From Phoronis australis (Eukaryota; Animalia; Phoronida): 64,000 nt of DNA. The translations under genes and the position numbers were made by a program. The stretch spans positions 215,640 to 279,639 of the forward strand of contig NMRA01000183.1 of the NCBI GenBank assembly GCA_002633005.1. The letters are read 5' to 3'. Below the pieces are notes generated by a model, which saw nothing but the letters and a program-made list of their open reading frames with translations, was not told the DNA's origin and did no database searches. Of this stretch, positions 25,341-38,735 are shown in pieces. Numbering within the stretch: the first letter of the stretch is position 1; the number at the start of each line of letters is the position of its first letter.

Positions 25341-26496
25341 CCAAGTATTGCCATCCGAGCTGAAGCACCCATCGTGAAATCAAGTCATATTTGGTTATGC
25401 ATGTCTCACTGAGACCTGACTTATCAGGCCACAAGGAGAAACTGACGTCCGACCGGTGCAGCGGGTTGCATAGGTTTGCATTTCCTTTGCTTCTTAACTA
25501 AGGAAAACCCTACTGACCTCTGTAATTTTCTTGAGCTGCATGATGGCTCGTCCGCTCTCCCCTACTGAGGCCCGGAGGTAATTGCTCTCCCTTGCCCCTC
25601 ACGGTGAGGATAGAATGTAGAATTTCTAAAATTTATTTGAACGGATGCCTGTGTAAAGGTGTGTGATCAAGAGGGTCGCCAACTGCCACAGGCCATAGGG
25701 AAGCGTTGATTTTGAACTCATATCAAGATTTGTGCACCTGTTGTAGCCCAAATAGAATCCTTCATTATGCGAGACCTATTGATCATTCTATATTCAACGG
25801 TATTCTAGCGGAGTAGAAGATGCAGTTTGACAATTAAAGGCGCCATTTTCCGGGCCGGAGGTAGCGTCCATGGTCCCCATGATTGGCATTTACACCAGAG
25901 GGCGGTCTTTTCTGGTTTCGGAGACACTATGAGTTTGAAAAACGAGGTCTAGGTAGCTTTCCTCACCTAAGGTTGTGTAGACGGACTTGAAACATGAATG
26001 GAATACTGCGTCAAAAACTTCAAAACCTTACAGTAAGTTCGATAAAACTGACCCAAAGTTAATTTTCAAGTATTTTACGACTACAGCAGTCTTCACCCCA
26101 AAGCCCCTTTAGCTACATTGTACCAGACGCATAGGGTCACCTGAACTGAGCAGTCAGATGTGAAAACCATGTAGATAGGTTGTAGGTGGCGGATATCAGT
26201 GAATTTACTGTTCAATTTCATCATCCCGTCTGTTGGTAGGAAGCTAAATGAAAAGCCACCACTGAACAAAAATGTGTCACGTTGACAACTACCATTATTT
26301 CAATCAGAACACGCTGTGGCCGACTAGTACTACTATGAAACCGTGAGGAAGAGCTTATCGTCAGTTCATGGTCCAAACTAATAAAAAATCGATGTGAAAG
26401 GTTATACTGCTCTTTGTGCATTGTGGTTTACAACCAAGTGTTATCAGATCCTATACGTCCCGGTTCAGGAAAAACATCCCTGCCACAGTTTCCAGC

Positions 26497-26978
26497 AGCT
26501 TCGTCCCCAAACCTCCAGACAGCGTTGATCGGTTTAGCCATTTGAGGCTTGGTTATGGGAATTACTTTCTGCGCAATGATTGGCCGTTGCCTTGACGTCA
26601 TTAAAACAAGGGCAGATTTTAATTATTTTCAGAGGCGTTGTTGCTTCCATTTATGAAGAAGAACGCATTATTTGAAAGAACGCTTGTTGGCATACTTATT
26701 TTCAATTCTTGTTATTAACGGTATCATAGAAATCAATCTGTTTTCGAATCAAAGTACACCATTTTTGCAATAATTTTGACCCAAATTGTTGAAATAAACC
26801 ATTTTAATATTATTTTGCAGAGAATTTCAAAGTTGTTAAAACTTTATATTACTCGTGATATTTCGGGGATTTCCGTAAAACCGTGTCAGAATTCTGAAAC
26901 ATTTCATTTCCCATAACCAAGCCTCAAATGGCTAAACCGATCACTGACCGCCATCTTGAGTCTTGGCGACGAGGCTGA
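26497..26978. repeat. Inverted repeat with a 36-bp perfect core and 346-bp spacer
   Basis: 26526-26561 (tgatcggtttagccatttgaggcttggttatgggaa) is the exact reverse complement of 26908-26943, with ~30 bp of degenerate outward extension. Confidence 0.85.
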
Positions 26979-27119
26979 GATTTCCAGATATACGCAGAAA
27001 GAATCAAAAAGAACAATATGCGCTCTTGCGTGGCAGAGAACACATGGGTCTGAGCTACACCTGACAGTCGAGATATTGCTAGGCGGCCGTTCACGATTCG
27101 TTTGTCCAAATCATCGCGG

Positions 27120-27348
27120 CTTTTAAAGACGGCTATAGGCAATATTTCAGCCAAAGTTAAAGATTCGAAACTTAGGTTATGTAGGGCTTTACCGACAAGT
27201 CTGTGCATATTTAGCTAAAAAACCACAAGAAAAAACTGTAGAATTTAACGCGGCAAAAGTATATATTTTCTGAAGGTAGAGAATTTGCAAAAGTCGATTT
27301 TTTACTTTTTTGCCAATCTGGCATTACATGGGTCACGTGGCCTTTTAA
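27120..27348 (-). mobile_element. Terminus of a TTAA-flanked repeat family also found at 48417-48870
   Basis: The reverse complement (ttaaaaggccacgtgaccc..ttggcaaaaaagt..ttttgcaa..ttcagaaaat..tttagctaaata) aligns with 48417-48543. Confidence 0.65.
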
Positions 27349-28596
27349 GGTAAGATTTATCGAAAATAAACGTAAATCAATTGCAAAGTACTGGTAACAA
27401 CAAAGTGACCAAATTCTGTTTAATATAGATGTTTTCAATAAAATATCAAAAACGCTGCTACAGTTAATCGAAATTATTTTTTCGTCTTTCATTTTACAAA
27501 TATCATAAAAGTTTAATCATTTGATAACCCTTCATGCAAAAGTAGAAGTTTTTAAAATGAGTTTCTAATAGCGTTTTGAAGGACACTGCATAAATTGTGC
27601 TGTCTGACACTTGTATATCAATCCCATGATTCGGAGATACAATGGTCCAAATTTGCCAAATTTTACCATTTTGAGGGTCTACATAATCTTAATGTTTTTT
27701 AAGACAAGATGAAAATGTGCGAGTCAATTTTCATGCAGTAAAATTACGAAGGTCGGGAGCTAAAAATGAAATAAAACACGGAATTTGATATTTAGTTTTG
27801 TTAATGGGTAATAGATCCAAGAATAGGAAACGAGATGTATGGAACCTCCGAGAGTACATGTATATTAGGCGCATATATTAGGCGCACCATCTTGCACCTT
27901 TGCGCCTGATTCCTGCTGCGAGTTACACATCACGGAGACCTGCCGGTGGACCGCCTTGCAGATCCGTCATCAACGGCGGTTTTTTATTTTGTTTTCATTC
28001 AGTTTGTTTTTGTCTGTTTCAAGTGAAAGAGAACCGCGAATCGAATAAAAATGGCGAAAACACAACAACGGGACAGTGAACCTGTCACGTAACTTATCTC
28101 AAAGTATTAGGGTGGCTCGGGATACCACGTGACATCTGCCAATCAGACCGGTAACAACGAGAATACAGAGTGCCTCTGGATAACGCTTGAAAACAGCACT
28201 TTGTGAAAGATTAAGCAAATTCATTGTTGTACAATTTCTATTTTGATAAAAAATAAATCAAATACACTCAAATTTAAATAATCCAACGGACCTTTACGCT
28301 AGAAAGGAATTTTTGGAGATCAACCCCAGTGCGGAATGGAACCTGGAACCCCCGCGGTGGCACGTTAACGCTCTGCTGTCGACGTTCACCCTCACTTTAT
28401 AAGTGACTCATTACTTTACTTTAGCGTATTTAGCTGGTAAATCCATCGGCCTTGGGTCCAACGAATATCTGGTAGACAACGGCAACAACTGGCGATTTGT
28501 AACACAATCCGAAAGACAAAAGACAATCTGTTGCAGTATAGCTGTGATCAAAGCTGTCAACTACAAGCACAAGACAATCTGTTGTAGTATACATAG

Positions 28597-28830
28597 CACC
28601 CAGCCTTTAATATCGGGAGGGCTCCAAATTTCTGACGATGTGGACTGTTTGCTGACAAATAAGTGGCAGGACAAAAAAAAAAGAAATAAAAACGGACACC
28701 TTCAGGACTGTAAACTGTACGTCTGCGTGGATTAGAAGACTTTTGTCTCGGTTTCTCAGACTTACTGTTTCTATGAGGCGCACCTTTTTGTCCACTTCGC
28801 AAAATGGGGGGGGGGGGCTCATTCGAGACG
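28597..28830. mobile_element. Truncated copy of the 25088-type MITE
   Basis: cacccagcctt..gggctccaaatttctgacgatgtggac..ccacttcgcaaaatgggggg shared with 25088-25340. Confidence 0.75.
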
Positions 28831-30512
28831 TTAACGCCGAAAAGTCGTGTCCGAATATTTGTCTACGCACACCGATTAGCCACATACAACACTCGCAATA
28901 TGAGAACCAGTAGGTTTATATTCTTCACTGAAGAATGGACACCGAACTGGTTCTCAACACAAAGTAACTGTTGACTTAGGACACTAAACGCTATACATCC
29001 TCTACTAACTTGTGCCTTACAGAATAGAGTTGATTTCTTGACTTGAGAAGAACTGACATCTCATTGTTGTTTGAGATCAGTCTCATTACTTTGGCTTGTC
29101 ACGGCGTGTTATTTAATGCACAATGCGTGGTCTCAAGCAGTACCAAACTGTTAGCTCTTCTATAGATGAACCCATTCGCCATCTGAGTGAGAAACAATTT
29201 GAGAGCAGTTTTGTGGAGAGTGGTCTAAATCGCTTTTTATTGCACAAATCATTTAATAAGTAACTACCCACAGGCCTGCACATTGTTGTCTGGGTTTGAA
29301 AATGTGAATCAGAGAATGAAAAACAGCCAGAAAATTGCTTCACCCGCCCCCTGGTGAACAATGAGAAAACAAATCCAACCAAGTTTTCTCACATGACCTG
29401 GAATGTGTTACGACACGACTGCTTAAAAATCCATACGCCTTACATTTTATCGTCTGCGAAACACTAATACCAACAACCAAAGGCGCTCCAACCAAACAAT
29501 GCCGAATTTCCGTGAAGGACGTACACAGAACTTTGTAAAAGAACCCGTCTTCGGCCGCAAATTCCGTACCCACGTTCATTTAAACGGAGACGAACTCAAG
29601 AAACACGGTGACATTGTCTAGCTGCAACGTCTCAAAACTCATACGCGCTGAAGCCCGGATGACTTGTTATTTACAAACTTTTACAACTTGAAAGTCTATG
29701 TATTAGATTCTAATTTGAATATTTGTTACGGAAGCTGAATGCAGTTCACAATTGTTAACAAAACTGATAACAAAAAGTAACTGAGTTTACAGTGCGGGCG
29801 TGTGTTTTTAAAAAAATGCGTCATTTGGTTGAAAGTTTTAGACATGTCTATTTTTTTGGTAAAGATATCGTTTTTTCAGTTCATGGCAAGCCTCGGGATT
29901 TTGACAAAATTTCCAAAAGGTTCTGCCCATGTCACAAACCTGAGACTCGTGTAGGATTCTCTATATCTGCACAGTGTTTGATGCATGACCAAAATGTTTT
30001 GCACGTTTAGGTACTAACAGATAAAACTGCCGGTGAAAGTACAACTGCAATAAAAATTTTGAAATTGTACATTCGTACACTCTTTTAACATCCCCAAAAG
30101 TAATCAAAAGGTGTCCCATATCCTACATGAATACGATTAGCATTTATCGTGTATGTTGATAACAGACCTTCTTTCAACCAAGTCTAATTGAACGCCAAAC
30201 TTTTTTTCGCACTTTTTAAGTTTCAGCAATAGCTTCTCGTATTGCCGCGCCATACACTGGACGTTTAGTCCCGATGTCTAATTCGAACAGGGGACGCCCA
30301 GCACTGAAATATAACACCAAAAGGGGACAACTTTTTAAAACAATCACGGGCGTTTATTCCCTTTACTTGGACCTTCCTTGGTCATCTAAGGAGTGACTAA
30401 AATGCTAAGAAAGACAACAGAGCCCACTAGGAAGAAACTGTGTATGGTGTTAAAACAGTTAATTGAAACAGTTGCTGAAGTTTTTTACCACTATGTCTGC
30501 AAAATAATTTAT

Positions 30513-30564
30513 CACCTATTGTCAGTGCAGTAATATTACACCTATTGTCAGTGCAGTAATATTA
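30513..30564. repeat. Perfect 26-bp tandem duplication
   Basis: cacctattgtcagtgcagtaatatta x2. Confidence 0.95.
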
Positions 30565-32165
30565 CATTTTTTCTGCAATTAATGAACTAGGACTTGTCCA
30601 CAAGCATTGCTCAGTTGTACAAGCAGCGTTATATTACCGATAGAGGGCCAGCCAGGGGAACCAGTTACAATTGAAAGAGTATTCTTCTCCACGTTGATTT
30701 TGGCATTACTTGTCTTTATGATGAGCACAGCAGTTTGACTGTTCAAACATTAGTCTCATCTGCCATAATAGTTTTGACGTATGGTGATAATTCGGTTTGT
30801 AATGACTAGTGTCGTGTCTCGTGTTGAAACACATTCATAATTGACTGTATACAGCGCTCGAAGGGATAGCGCCGAGCTCAAGTGTGGTATGAATAGAGGA
30901 AACTGAGCCAAACATATAATCGATATCCGTGCTTTATACTCAGTCTCATTCACATTACACCAACTCGTAGATAGGATGGTGGCCAGTAACTAATGGTAAC
31001 GAAGATCCCATTTTTTGAAAAGCCATCTTTGGTCATAAAATATGTATTTTCTGTTCCACACAAATGGTAAATGTATGCCGACGTGCACTTAACTACCACA
31101 GGTGGCACCAGGTGGTCCATGGACAATGTGCACTAATTTATGGGACGTCATGGACTAAAGCTAAACTAGTATGACAACTCAGCTCACGTCTTCGAGGTAG
31201 TGCAACTGCGCCGGATCTACTTGACGGTCCTGTGATCGTGTGGACAACAAACTGAGGCCTTGTGCAATTGAGTTTGTCCGAATGATGAATCACTCTTTTT
31301 TCTCGTCATTTAACAGCTTGCATCTATTTTTTTTCGTTTCGTTTCCGTTATAGTAAATGAAACAAAGTAATAAAAAATTCCAAGCAAATATCGCAAAGCG
31401 TTGTGGTTTGAACTACCGCCATTTTGGACTAGCTAATTTTAAACGCATTAGAATGACATGCACAAAGTAATTTGCGCTGTGCTCCATTTCCTTGACTCCA
31501 CTTGCGTGATTGTGGTCTGTACTGATTGGACGCAAGTTGCCAGAGGCGCAACCTGCGATAGTGTAACTGCCTGTTAACACTTGTTTTACTAACGCGCCTA
31601 ATATTCAGCTTTGCGTTTCGAAACTTACACATCGTCATAAAGTTGAATACATTTATAGTTAAACATTCAAATTATCTCACTCGTAAGTATTGTTTTTACA
31701 GGGCATACCAAAATTCATAATATACATTGTATTCCCTCTTATTTAAACAATTCTGCCTGACCATACTCATGATTCATGCTCCAGCGAACCGTATACTGCC
31801 ATTTGGAAACGTTTTACTATGCACTAGGCGTCATCGCTTAGTAAGACGTGTGCGCGAAGGAACCCTCAAGCTTACAAACACTTATTCGAATGCGTAAATA
31901 TTGTTTTACTCAGACGTATGAGGGCAAATTTAATTATTGAATGCATAATCCGATAATATGTCTGGCAGTCTGTTCTAGGCTAACATTGGTGTGTCAAAAA
32001 TCAAGACAAAATCAGCAAAGACACATTGATTTTAAAATGTGGACCTAATGGGTTTCTTATATGAGACCGTTGCTGACAAAGAAAGCTTTATAACAGTGAG
32101 TAACGACTGCGAGTAAGAATAACAGTTATAGTATCAACCATGACGACAGTGAGATTGACAAAGGC

Positions 32166-32605
32166 ATGATGATGATGATGATGTTGATGATGGTGATGAT
32201 GATGATGGTGGTGATGATGGTGGTAGTGATCATGATGATGATGACGGTGATGATGGTGGTGGTGATGATGATGATGATGATGGAGAAGAGGAGGATGGTG
32301 GTGGTAATGATGGTGGTTGTAATGATGATCCTGATGGTGGTGGTGGTGGTGATGATGACGATAGTGATGGTGATGATGATGATGATGATAGCGATGACGA
32401 TGATGATGGTGATGATATTGATGGTGACGATGATTGAGTGGATGATGATGATGCTGGTGATGATGATTAGGATGACGATGACGATGATGATGGTGATGAT
32501 GATGATGAGGGTGATGATGGTGATGGTGATGATGATGGTGATGGTGATGATGATGGTGATGGTAATAATGTTGGTGATGATGATGATGGCGACGACGATG
32601 ATTAT
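32166..32605. repeat. Compound (GAT/GGT)n microsatellite, ~440 bp
   Basis: atgatgatg...gtgatgatg seen directly; it explains the Met-rich and Ile-rich ORFs. Confidence 0.97.
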
Positions 32606-35600
32606 GAGCATGAAAATTATATTAGCAACAAAACAGAGCGATAACAAGAACAACAGCGACAGTACACAACATAATTAGGTTTACAATAAAGTTGTACAGA
32701 ATATGCGTTAAAATAACAGGTTATTCATTATAGTGACTCTGACATATTGGATCACTTGCTATATTTTTAACTAAGAAATATGTTTGCGTCATTGTTAGAT
32801 TATGTTTGTGTTAATATCCTACTTCTTGACACGTGAAATAAAAGGATTGTCTGTTCATCTTGAACATTCTTTGTGGAGTCAATTTGAACTTCAATGGAAT
32901 TGTTTCTTGTGTTCGACTGTTCTGCCGTTCTCAATCTATCTACAAAAAACGTTTCCTCGTCAGAACCTTAAGAAACCGTAAGATTTTACTCGAGTTTTAA
33001 ATACGCTGAGAAGCTGGTCTGGCTTACGTATGTTGCCGTACATAACACCTGACAATACAGTACATGTACATCCATAGAGAGATCTCACAATCTCCGTGGT
33101 CACAATATCAATTAGTCTGTTAAATATCAGTGACCCTTTGTCTGTCTGCTAATACTTAATGACCAAGTATATATGACCATTATCAGAAATTAAAAGGATT
33201 AACTGATTACTACCTCCAAATGGACATCAGTATCCTTTCAATAGACAACGACGATCTTTCCTTAAAACGGTGGTATCAGTTGAATCCGCTTAAACAACGA
33301 ACATCGGCGGATATTTGGATTATCGGCTCTTGAGCAATTTTCTTCATACAGTTTTGGAGACAAGCCCTCACTCCTGAACCTGCCTGATTTAAAGAATTTG
33401 CAATTACGCTAAATATTACTAATGAGTGTTAAGTCTTTGATGTTAGAATGATGTGTAGTATGGAAATCTATTGTGAGGCAAAGTTTTCGTCACTTACGAT
33501 ATGAGATGTAGCCTACCTAATTATGAGCTGTATTGATTTCCTAAATATTCAATAGTATGAGGTTTAACAGAAACGATTGGATATTTTAACGTTATATACA
33601 TGTAAGATTGCATCAACAAAATATCTACAAAGCTATCCAATTTCAAGTCAGTAAAAGTACATATTTTCTGAATGTGATCTGTTTGACAATATGCCATTAC
33701 TTCGGTCCCCCCGTGATCGCGTGTCTTTGCCTTTCGTAAGTTTTAACAAAAAGAAAAGTTACATTGATAGCAAAATAACGGTATCTATAACGTTGCCAAA
33801 TTATACTTGATACAAACGTTCAAGATGAAAACCAAATAACGCTGTTTAAGTTTTCTAAATTATAATTTCGTTTTAGCTCCATGCTGCTTTAGATTTTTGC
33901 GAAAATCACATGACCCAATGACATGTGAATGATCTTTATAAAAAAGTGAAGGATTTTAAAATCATTTAGAAGCGTTCAGGAGATCCGTGCATAAAACCTA
34001 GTATTTATAAAAACTCTTGTGAATCCAATCACCCATTTCTGAGATATGATGTCCCGAAATTTTTTCAAAGGTCCTACATAAATCAAACGCGAACTGGAGT
34101 TTCTTTTTCAAAAAACAAAACTACTGAAAATGGACCAGGTAGCTTTTGTGTGTGCTTAATTTTTTGATGTTGTTACAGAATTCTTGTTTTTATCACAAAT
34201 ATAATGACTATATGTTCAATAGACTAGACAAGTTGATATGGCTTCGCTAAATCTCCACATCTCAGTTGAGATGCATGCCGTGCGTTGCACATCTCTTACA
34301 TGTCTTGGGTGCTCAAAGGTTACTCGGTACAGTCCCAAAGTTTGCATAGGCTGTTATTGAGGCTGAAAATAAATACATATACAATTAGAGCGAGCTATTC
34401 ATCTTAAAACTTAATGTACCCTTGACGAGTCAAAATAAATTCCTCATCGTTTGTTAGGAATTACTGCTAACGGACGTTATGATAGCAGTTAGCAATAATC
34501 GCAAAATCATTATTAACTCGAGAGTCTGGCGCATTGAAAATCGTTTAGTATTTCCAAATACCATCACACTCGCATTCACAGATGAAGACTCTTGAAATAA
34601 CTAAGGCGTTTAAACAAAAAAACTAAAACGTCCCACCGCACTCCCTCTTGTACACCGCCATTATACTGGCGCGTCAAATCTCCGTGCCTTTACGAGCTAC
34701 ATAATTGTTGAAATGTAAACTAACGAAACGGTAGCAATTGATCATTATGAGTGGCACTTGTGGAAGCGATTTATTCTAATACGTGATCTTAAAAATAAAT
34801 TCCAATTGTCCTCAATGTTTGTGTTTGTATTTACTCTCTATAGAAAGGAAATTTAGTCGTAGCCTGTCAAATCTAAAGCGGGTATAACCAGTGCATCGAG
34901 TCTCTGTAAATACATTAGAATAACTTTTATTTATTAAAGTGGCCTTGCGCGACAGTTGTCAGCTCACTTTGACAATTGGTGAACTTGAAACATGTCGTGT
35001 CAAACCCTGCTTAAGAAGCCCTTGTGAGCGATATGGCCGGGGTCAGTCCGTCCCTTTTACGAAATTAAGGTGCACGAGTGGCGATGTTGCGTGACCCTGT
35101 GAGATTTGTTTCACACCCAAAGTCACTAGAACTTAAAGGAGAGATGGGACTATCCCAATTCAACCCCTTGTACGCCAATGAATTGTTTTGGCCAACACAA
35201 ACTGCAGTGTCATTTTTCAAAGATAAACTTGTTTAAATCATTGCAGAGGCCTCCGATTTCAATCAAACAGTAGTATTACGTAAAAGTAGATTCCAACGTC
35301 CCTGGACGTGGTTTTGTGAACCATACAACAGTCATATTCGGAAAGAAGTTATTTTTTCTCTCAAAAGATTATTACGGGACATGGGAGGGGGGGGGGGNCT
35401 GCCACGTACTGTGACATTAGGTGCGCGACAAAATGCTCCTAATAACATCCCATCCCAACATCAATACCCAATGGATCAAAATTATCACCAACGTCGACTG
35501 GCAATCATTACGTACTTCACCATTCTTGAACGTCATCACCGGTCCCGCGATAGTTAACGACTTCATACATCTATGGGCATGAGCTGACTCAAACAAACCA

Positions 35601-36617
35601 GGCACTCGGAATAATAAAAAATCATAAGCACAAGGAATATCTGAACCTGCGCCCCCTCGAAAGTGCGCCCTCGGGCTGTTTTTCGAAAACGTTCCGAAAA
35701 ATTGACAACTTTTGCAAAATTTCTTCCTTCTTTTGCTAAGCCAGCTTCATCCCAGATTCCTAAAATGCGCTCACCCACTGGTCAAAATACAGAGCAAAAT
35801 TGCTCAGGAACTTATTTTGCGCTTGAGGCTTGCGGATGGGCTCACTATTTATTACAGCTAAGGTTGGCATTGTGTGGAGATTCGATCACTCTACACATTC
35901 TTATGCCTGTGGCAACGGATACCCGCATAAAGAATGTATCATGTGGTATACTTGAATGATTTGTTAAACATACGCAAGCGTAGGGTTCGTGAAACAAGTC
36001 ATCCAAGATAAACGATCTTTTAGAAAAGCACTACTCCCCGGCAGTTGACCTGGAGCTTTCCATTACAGTTTCATTACAATATACAAATATATTTAAGCGT
36101 CCTTGGCGTTTTTGGCAGTAATTTTCCCAAAATTTCGTTACACTGTTCAGCCATGGTACAGGTACCGACGTTCCCAGCACAACAAAGCAGTACTTAACCC
36201 AAGAAAACAAAAAGAGAATGCATGATTCTGTATACTATGAAAACGTTCCATTGTCGTATGGTTGGCAGAGGGCGCCACTTCCCAAAGTTTCGTTTAGGAT
36301 TTTCGCCGTGAGATTCGGAGACTGCATTTGTGGACGTTATTCAAACACAAAATAAATTCAAGTTGGATTTCTGATCAGCCAAAAATAAAATAATTTTATG
36401 GTATTTTGAAACTCAATGAACTTGCTCCATCTTTGAGTCGCAAGTCTTTATCCTGTTACGATTCTGTATTTGCGCTTTTCGCAGATGGCCTGTCAGTTGT
36501 ACCCTATGCACCAGCACCATCTTTTGAGGATCAGCAAAGAGCTTGTGTGGCACAGGGATCGTGCCAATGGGTCAGGCTCGAGTGTCGGGAGATATTAAAC
36601 ATCATTTTCTCTTTAAA

Positions 36618-36619
<2 letters not shown>

Positions 36620-36694
<75 letters not shown>

Positions 36695-36718
36695 TTGCTA
36701 CTGCTGGTGCTGCTGCTA
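36620..36718. repeat. (CTG)24 perfect microsatellite plus degenerate tail
   Basis: Perfect CTG from 36620 to 36691. Confidence 0.97.
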
Positions 36719-37300
36719 GAAATAGTTGTTCTAACTGTAGTAGTTTTAATTAACTGTTTAATGGTGCTGGTCAAAACACTCTCCGGCACACTGAGAACGT
36801 CATTAGCGGCGTGAGATTCCCGAAATCCTCGGAACGTTTGCACTAACTTAAGTTTCTTAGCACGACCTGAGTGACCTCACACTCGTGTCCCAATTTCTTC
36901 TTATTGTAATTGCAGTGTCGTCGTAAATGTTTCGATTCCGTGGAGCGCAACTGCAGTTCGTGCATGACAATTTTGTGTCCAAACAGTTTTAACTTGCTGT
37001 AATTCCATGGTCGTGTACCTCACGATATTTTCTCAGATTTTTGTACCTCCAGACAAACGGAGACAAAACTGAAAATGATCGAGAGACAACTCTGTAGTTT
37101 GAGAGAAACTTTTTCGTACTAATTTTAAAAATGGCAAAAATTCAAATGTTGTTAGATGAGCATTACCTTGCCTGTGGTGTTTAAGAATAGGGGTGGAATC
37201 TATGATAGTAAAGCGCAAGGTGAAAAATCCTAATAATTTATTTACAGTATTTATAACGTGTGTCCACTTACGGTCCACCGTGTGTAGGCACAAGGAACAA

Positions 37301-38356
37301 CTACAAATCAAAGTCAAAATCGATATCCAGCTCTGACAGAGAGAAGTCATCTAATTCTCGGGGGCAGCAGGTACAAGACGAGAAGACGCGTTTAATTTTG
37401 TCCTTCCCGAGCTTAAATTTGAGTTTAATATTCCTAAGACGTTTCATAATTTTCTTTTTCCTCTCACTTTCCGCTTTTTCTTCCCTTTTGGGTGCACAAT
37501 CAATATTCACCCTTAGCGTTTCTAATCCATCACAATCTCCTAATGGTTTAATACCGTACGAGCCTTGATTTTTTCGCCGAGCGTATTTCACCGGTTTCAC
37601 TTTGCGTTCGGGACTTGGCGGCGGCTCGTGTAAGGTTGCCACGACCACGCGGCTGTTAGCGCCCCTTGGAGGTACAGGCTCTTCGTCACTGTCACTTATG
37701 TACCCCGAACATGCCTTGCAACTGCAGTCACAAGCGACTTCCCAATATCCTTGAGTCACTTTTTTCGGCGCAAGCTGCTTTCGATTAAAGATTGGTGGAA
37801 TGTAAAATTCGTCGTTGCCGGTTGGGCTCTTTGCATTTGCAGATTTTTCTCTTTCGTCGTCGTCAGAAAAGCCAAATTCCGAACTCGTCTCCTCAGACAG
37901 AGAAAGACTGTCCAGAGTAACATGCGACGCTGGCGTCAGGGATTTGTTGACAACGAAAATATCACTTCTGGACCCGGAACTCTGGAGAGAATCAGTTGAC
38001 CCTACAAGCTCACAAGATGATTCCAATTGCGAGATGTCGCCATTGGGACCTCCGTCGATGACATGGTTTAATGAAGCTGTAGATTTACTCTGTCTCCGAG
38101 GAGAAGAAGAAGTCGAATTTTTCCGTTCGCCAGCTAATGGTGCTGAGCTTGGTAGTGAATTTTGATGTCGCTCAAGCAACTTTGATCTTTTAAACGAATT
38201 CAGCTCTAACACAAAAACTTGAATAATTACCCACGACAACGCGGCAACAGCCAGTCTGAAAAGGCCTAAAGAGGCATGCATGTTTACATGAATAATACCA
38301 TGAAAGAAAACATGGTAAAGAAGCAGTATGATTTCATCTCTAGTTTCGCTCGCCAT
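37301..38356 (-). CDS. Uncharacterised 351-aa single-exon protein (hydrophobic N-terminus, Ser/acidic middle, basic region, acidic-aromatic tail)
   Basis: Long non-repetitive ORF in AT-rich DNA, aaaATGG start context, AATAAA on the minus strand ~60 nt after the stop (37237-37242), motif-rich upstream region. No domain recognised. Confidence 0.8.
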   Translation of the reverse strand: MASETRDEIILLLYHVFFHGIIHVNMHASLGLFRLAVAALSWVIIQVFVLELNSFKRSKLLERHQNSLPSSAPLAGERKNSTSSSPRRQSKSTASLNHVIDGGPNGDISQLESSCELVGSTDSLQSSGSRSDIFVVNKSLTPASHVTLDSLSLSEETSSEFGFSDDDEREKSANAKSPTGNDEFYIPPIFNRKQLAPKKVTQGYWEVACDCSCKACSGYISDSDEEPVPPRGANSRVVVATLHEPPPSPERKVKPVKYARRKNQGSYGIKPLGDCDGLETLRVNIDCAPKREEKAESERKKKIMKRLRNIKLKFKLGKDKIKRVFSSCTCCPRELDDFSLSELDIDFDFDL

Positions 38357-38402
38357 TTTAAATATTACAGTGTGTGAATACTGTCGTCAACGACTATGTG
38401 GC

Positions 38403-38474
38403 GTAAACAAAGCGGTGACGTAAACACAATGTATGATGTAAAAGAAAATTGTTACATTGTTTACATTTGCGTCA
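38403..38474 (-). promoter_or_regulatory. Candidate proximal promoter: three forkhead sites and two CRE half-sites
   Basis: GTAAACA at 38403-38409 and 38420-38426, TGTTTAC at 38458-38464, TGACG at 38416-38420, CGTCA at 38470-38474; 47-118 bp upstream of the ATG at 38356. Confidence 0.55.
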
Positions 38475-38513
38475 TTATAGAAAGTTGAGAAATGATATCA
38501 ACGAATGAACCTG

Positions 38514-38735
38514 GGGCCTTTGCCAAGAAACTGACTTAAGTTAATTTTTGACTTAAGATTTGTCTTAACTGCCAAACTTTGAAACTTCCACATTCGGCAA
38601 GTTAATCACATGTAAGACAAAATTTATACTCAAGATCTCATTATTGAATTGGTTTTGAGACAAATTTAACTTTTATTTTAATTCACTAAAATTTACAATT
38701 TGTCTTAGCTAAGTCAGTTTTGTTAGAACGGGGCC
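38514..38735. mobile_element. PIF/Harbinger-like MITE with probable CTG TSD
   Basis: ctg|gggcct..aaactgactta ... taagtcagtttt..ggggcc|ctg. Confidence 0.6.

Noticed and set aside
25834-26112. Small Kolobok-like element (ttaaaggcgcc..gcccctttag)
   Set aside because: Terminal match is short and the TTAA duplication is imperfect
29113-29579. Transposase-like fragment (EFAAEDGFFYKVLCTSF)
   Set aside because: Resemblance is too weak to call without a search
31429-31638. THAP-like fragment (RLWQLA..W..LLCACH)
   Set aside because: Lacks the N-terminal CxxxxC and FP motifs; could be chance
32126-32678. Met-rich and Ile-rich ORFs
   Set aside because: Translations of a (GAT)n microsatellite
36406-36843. 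Poly-Ala and poly-Ser ORFs
   Set aside because: Translations of the (CTG)n repeat with non-ATG starts and no other coding signal
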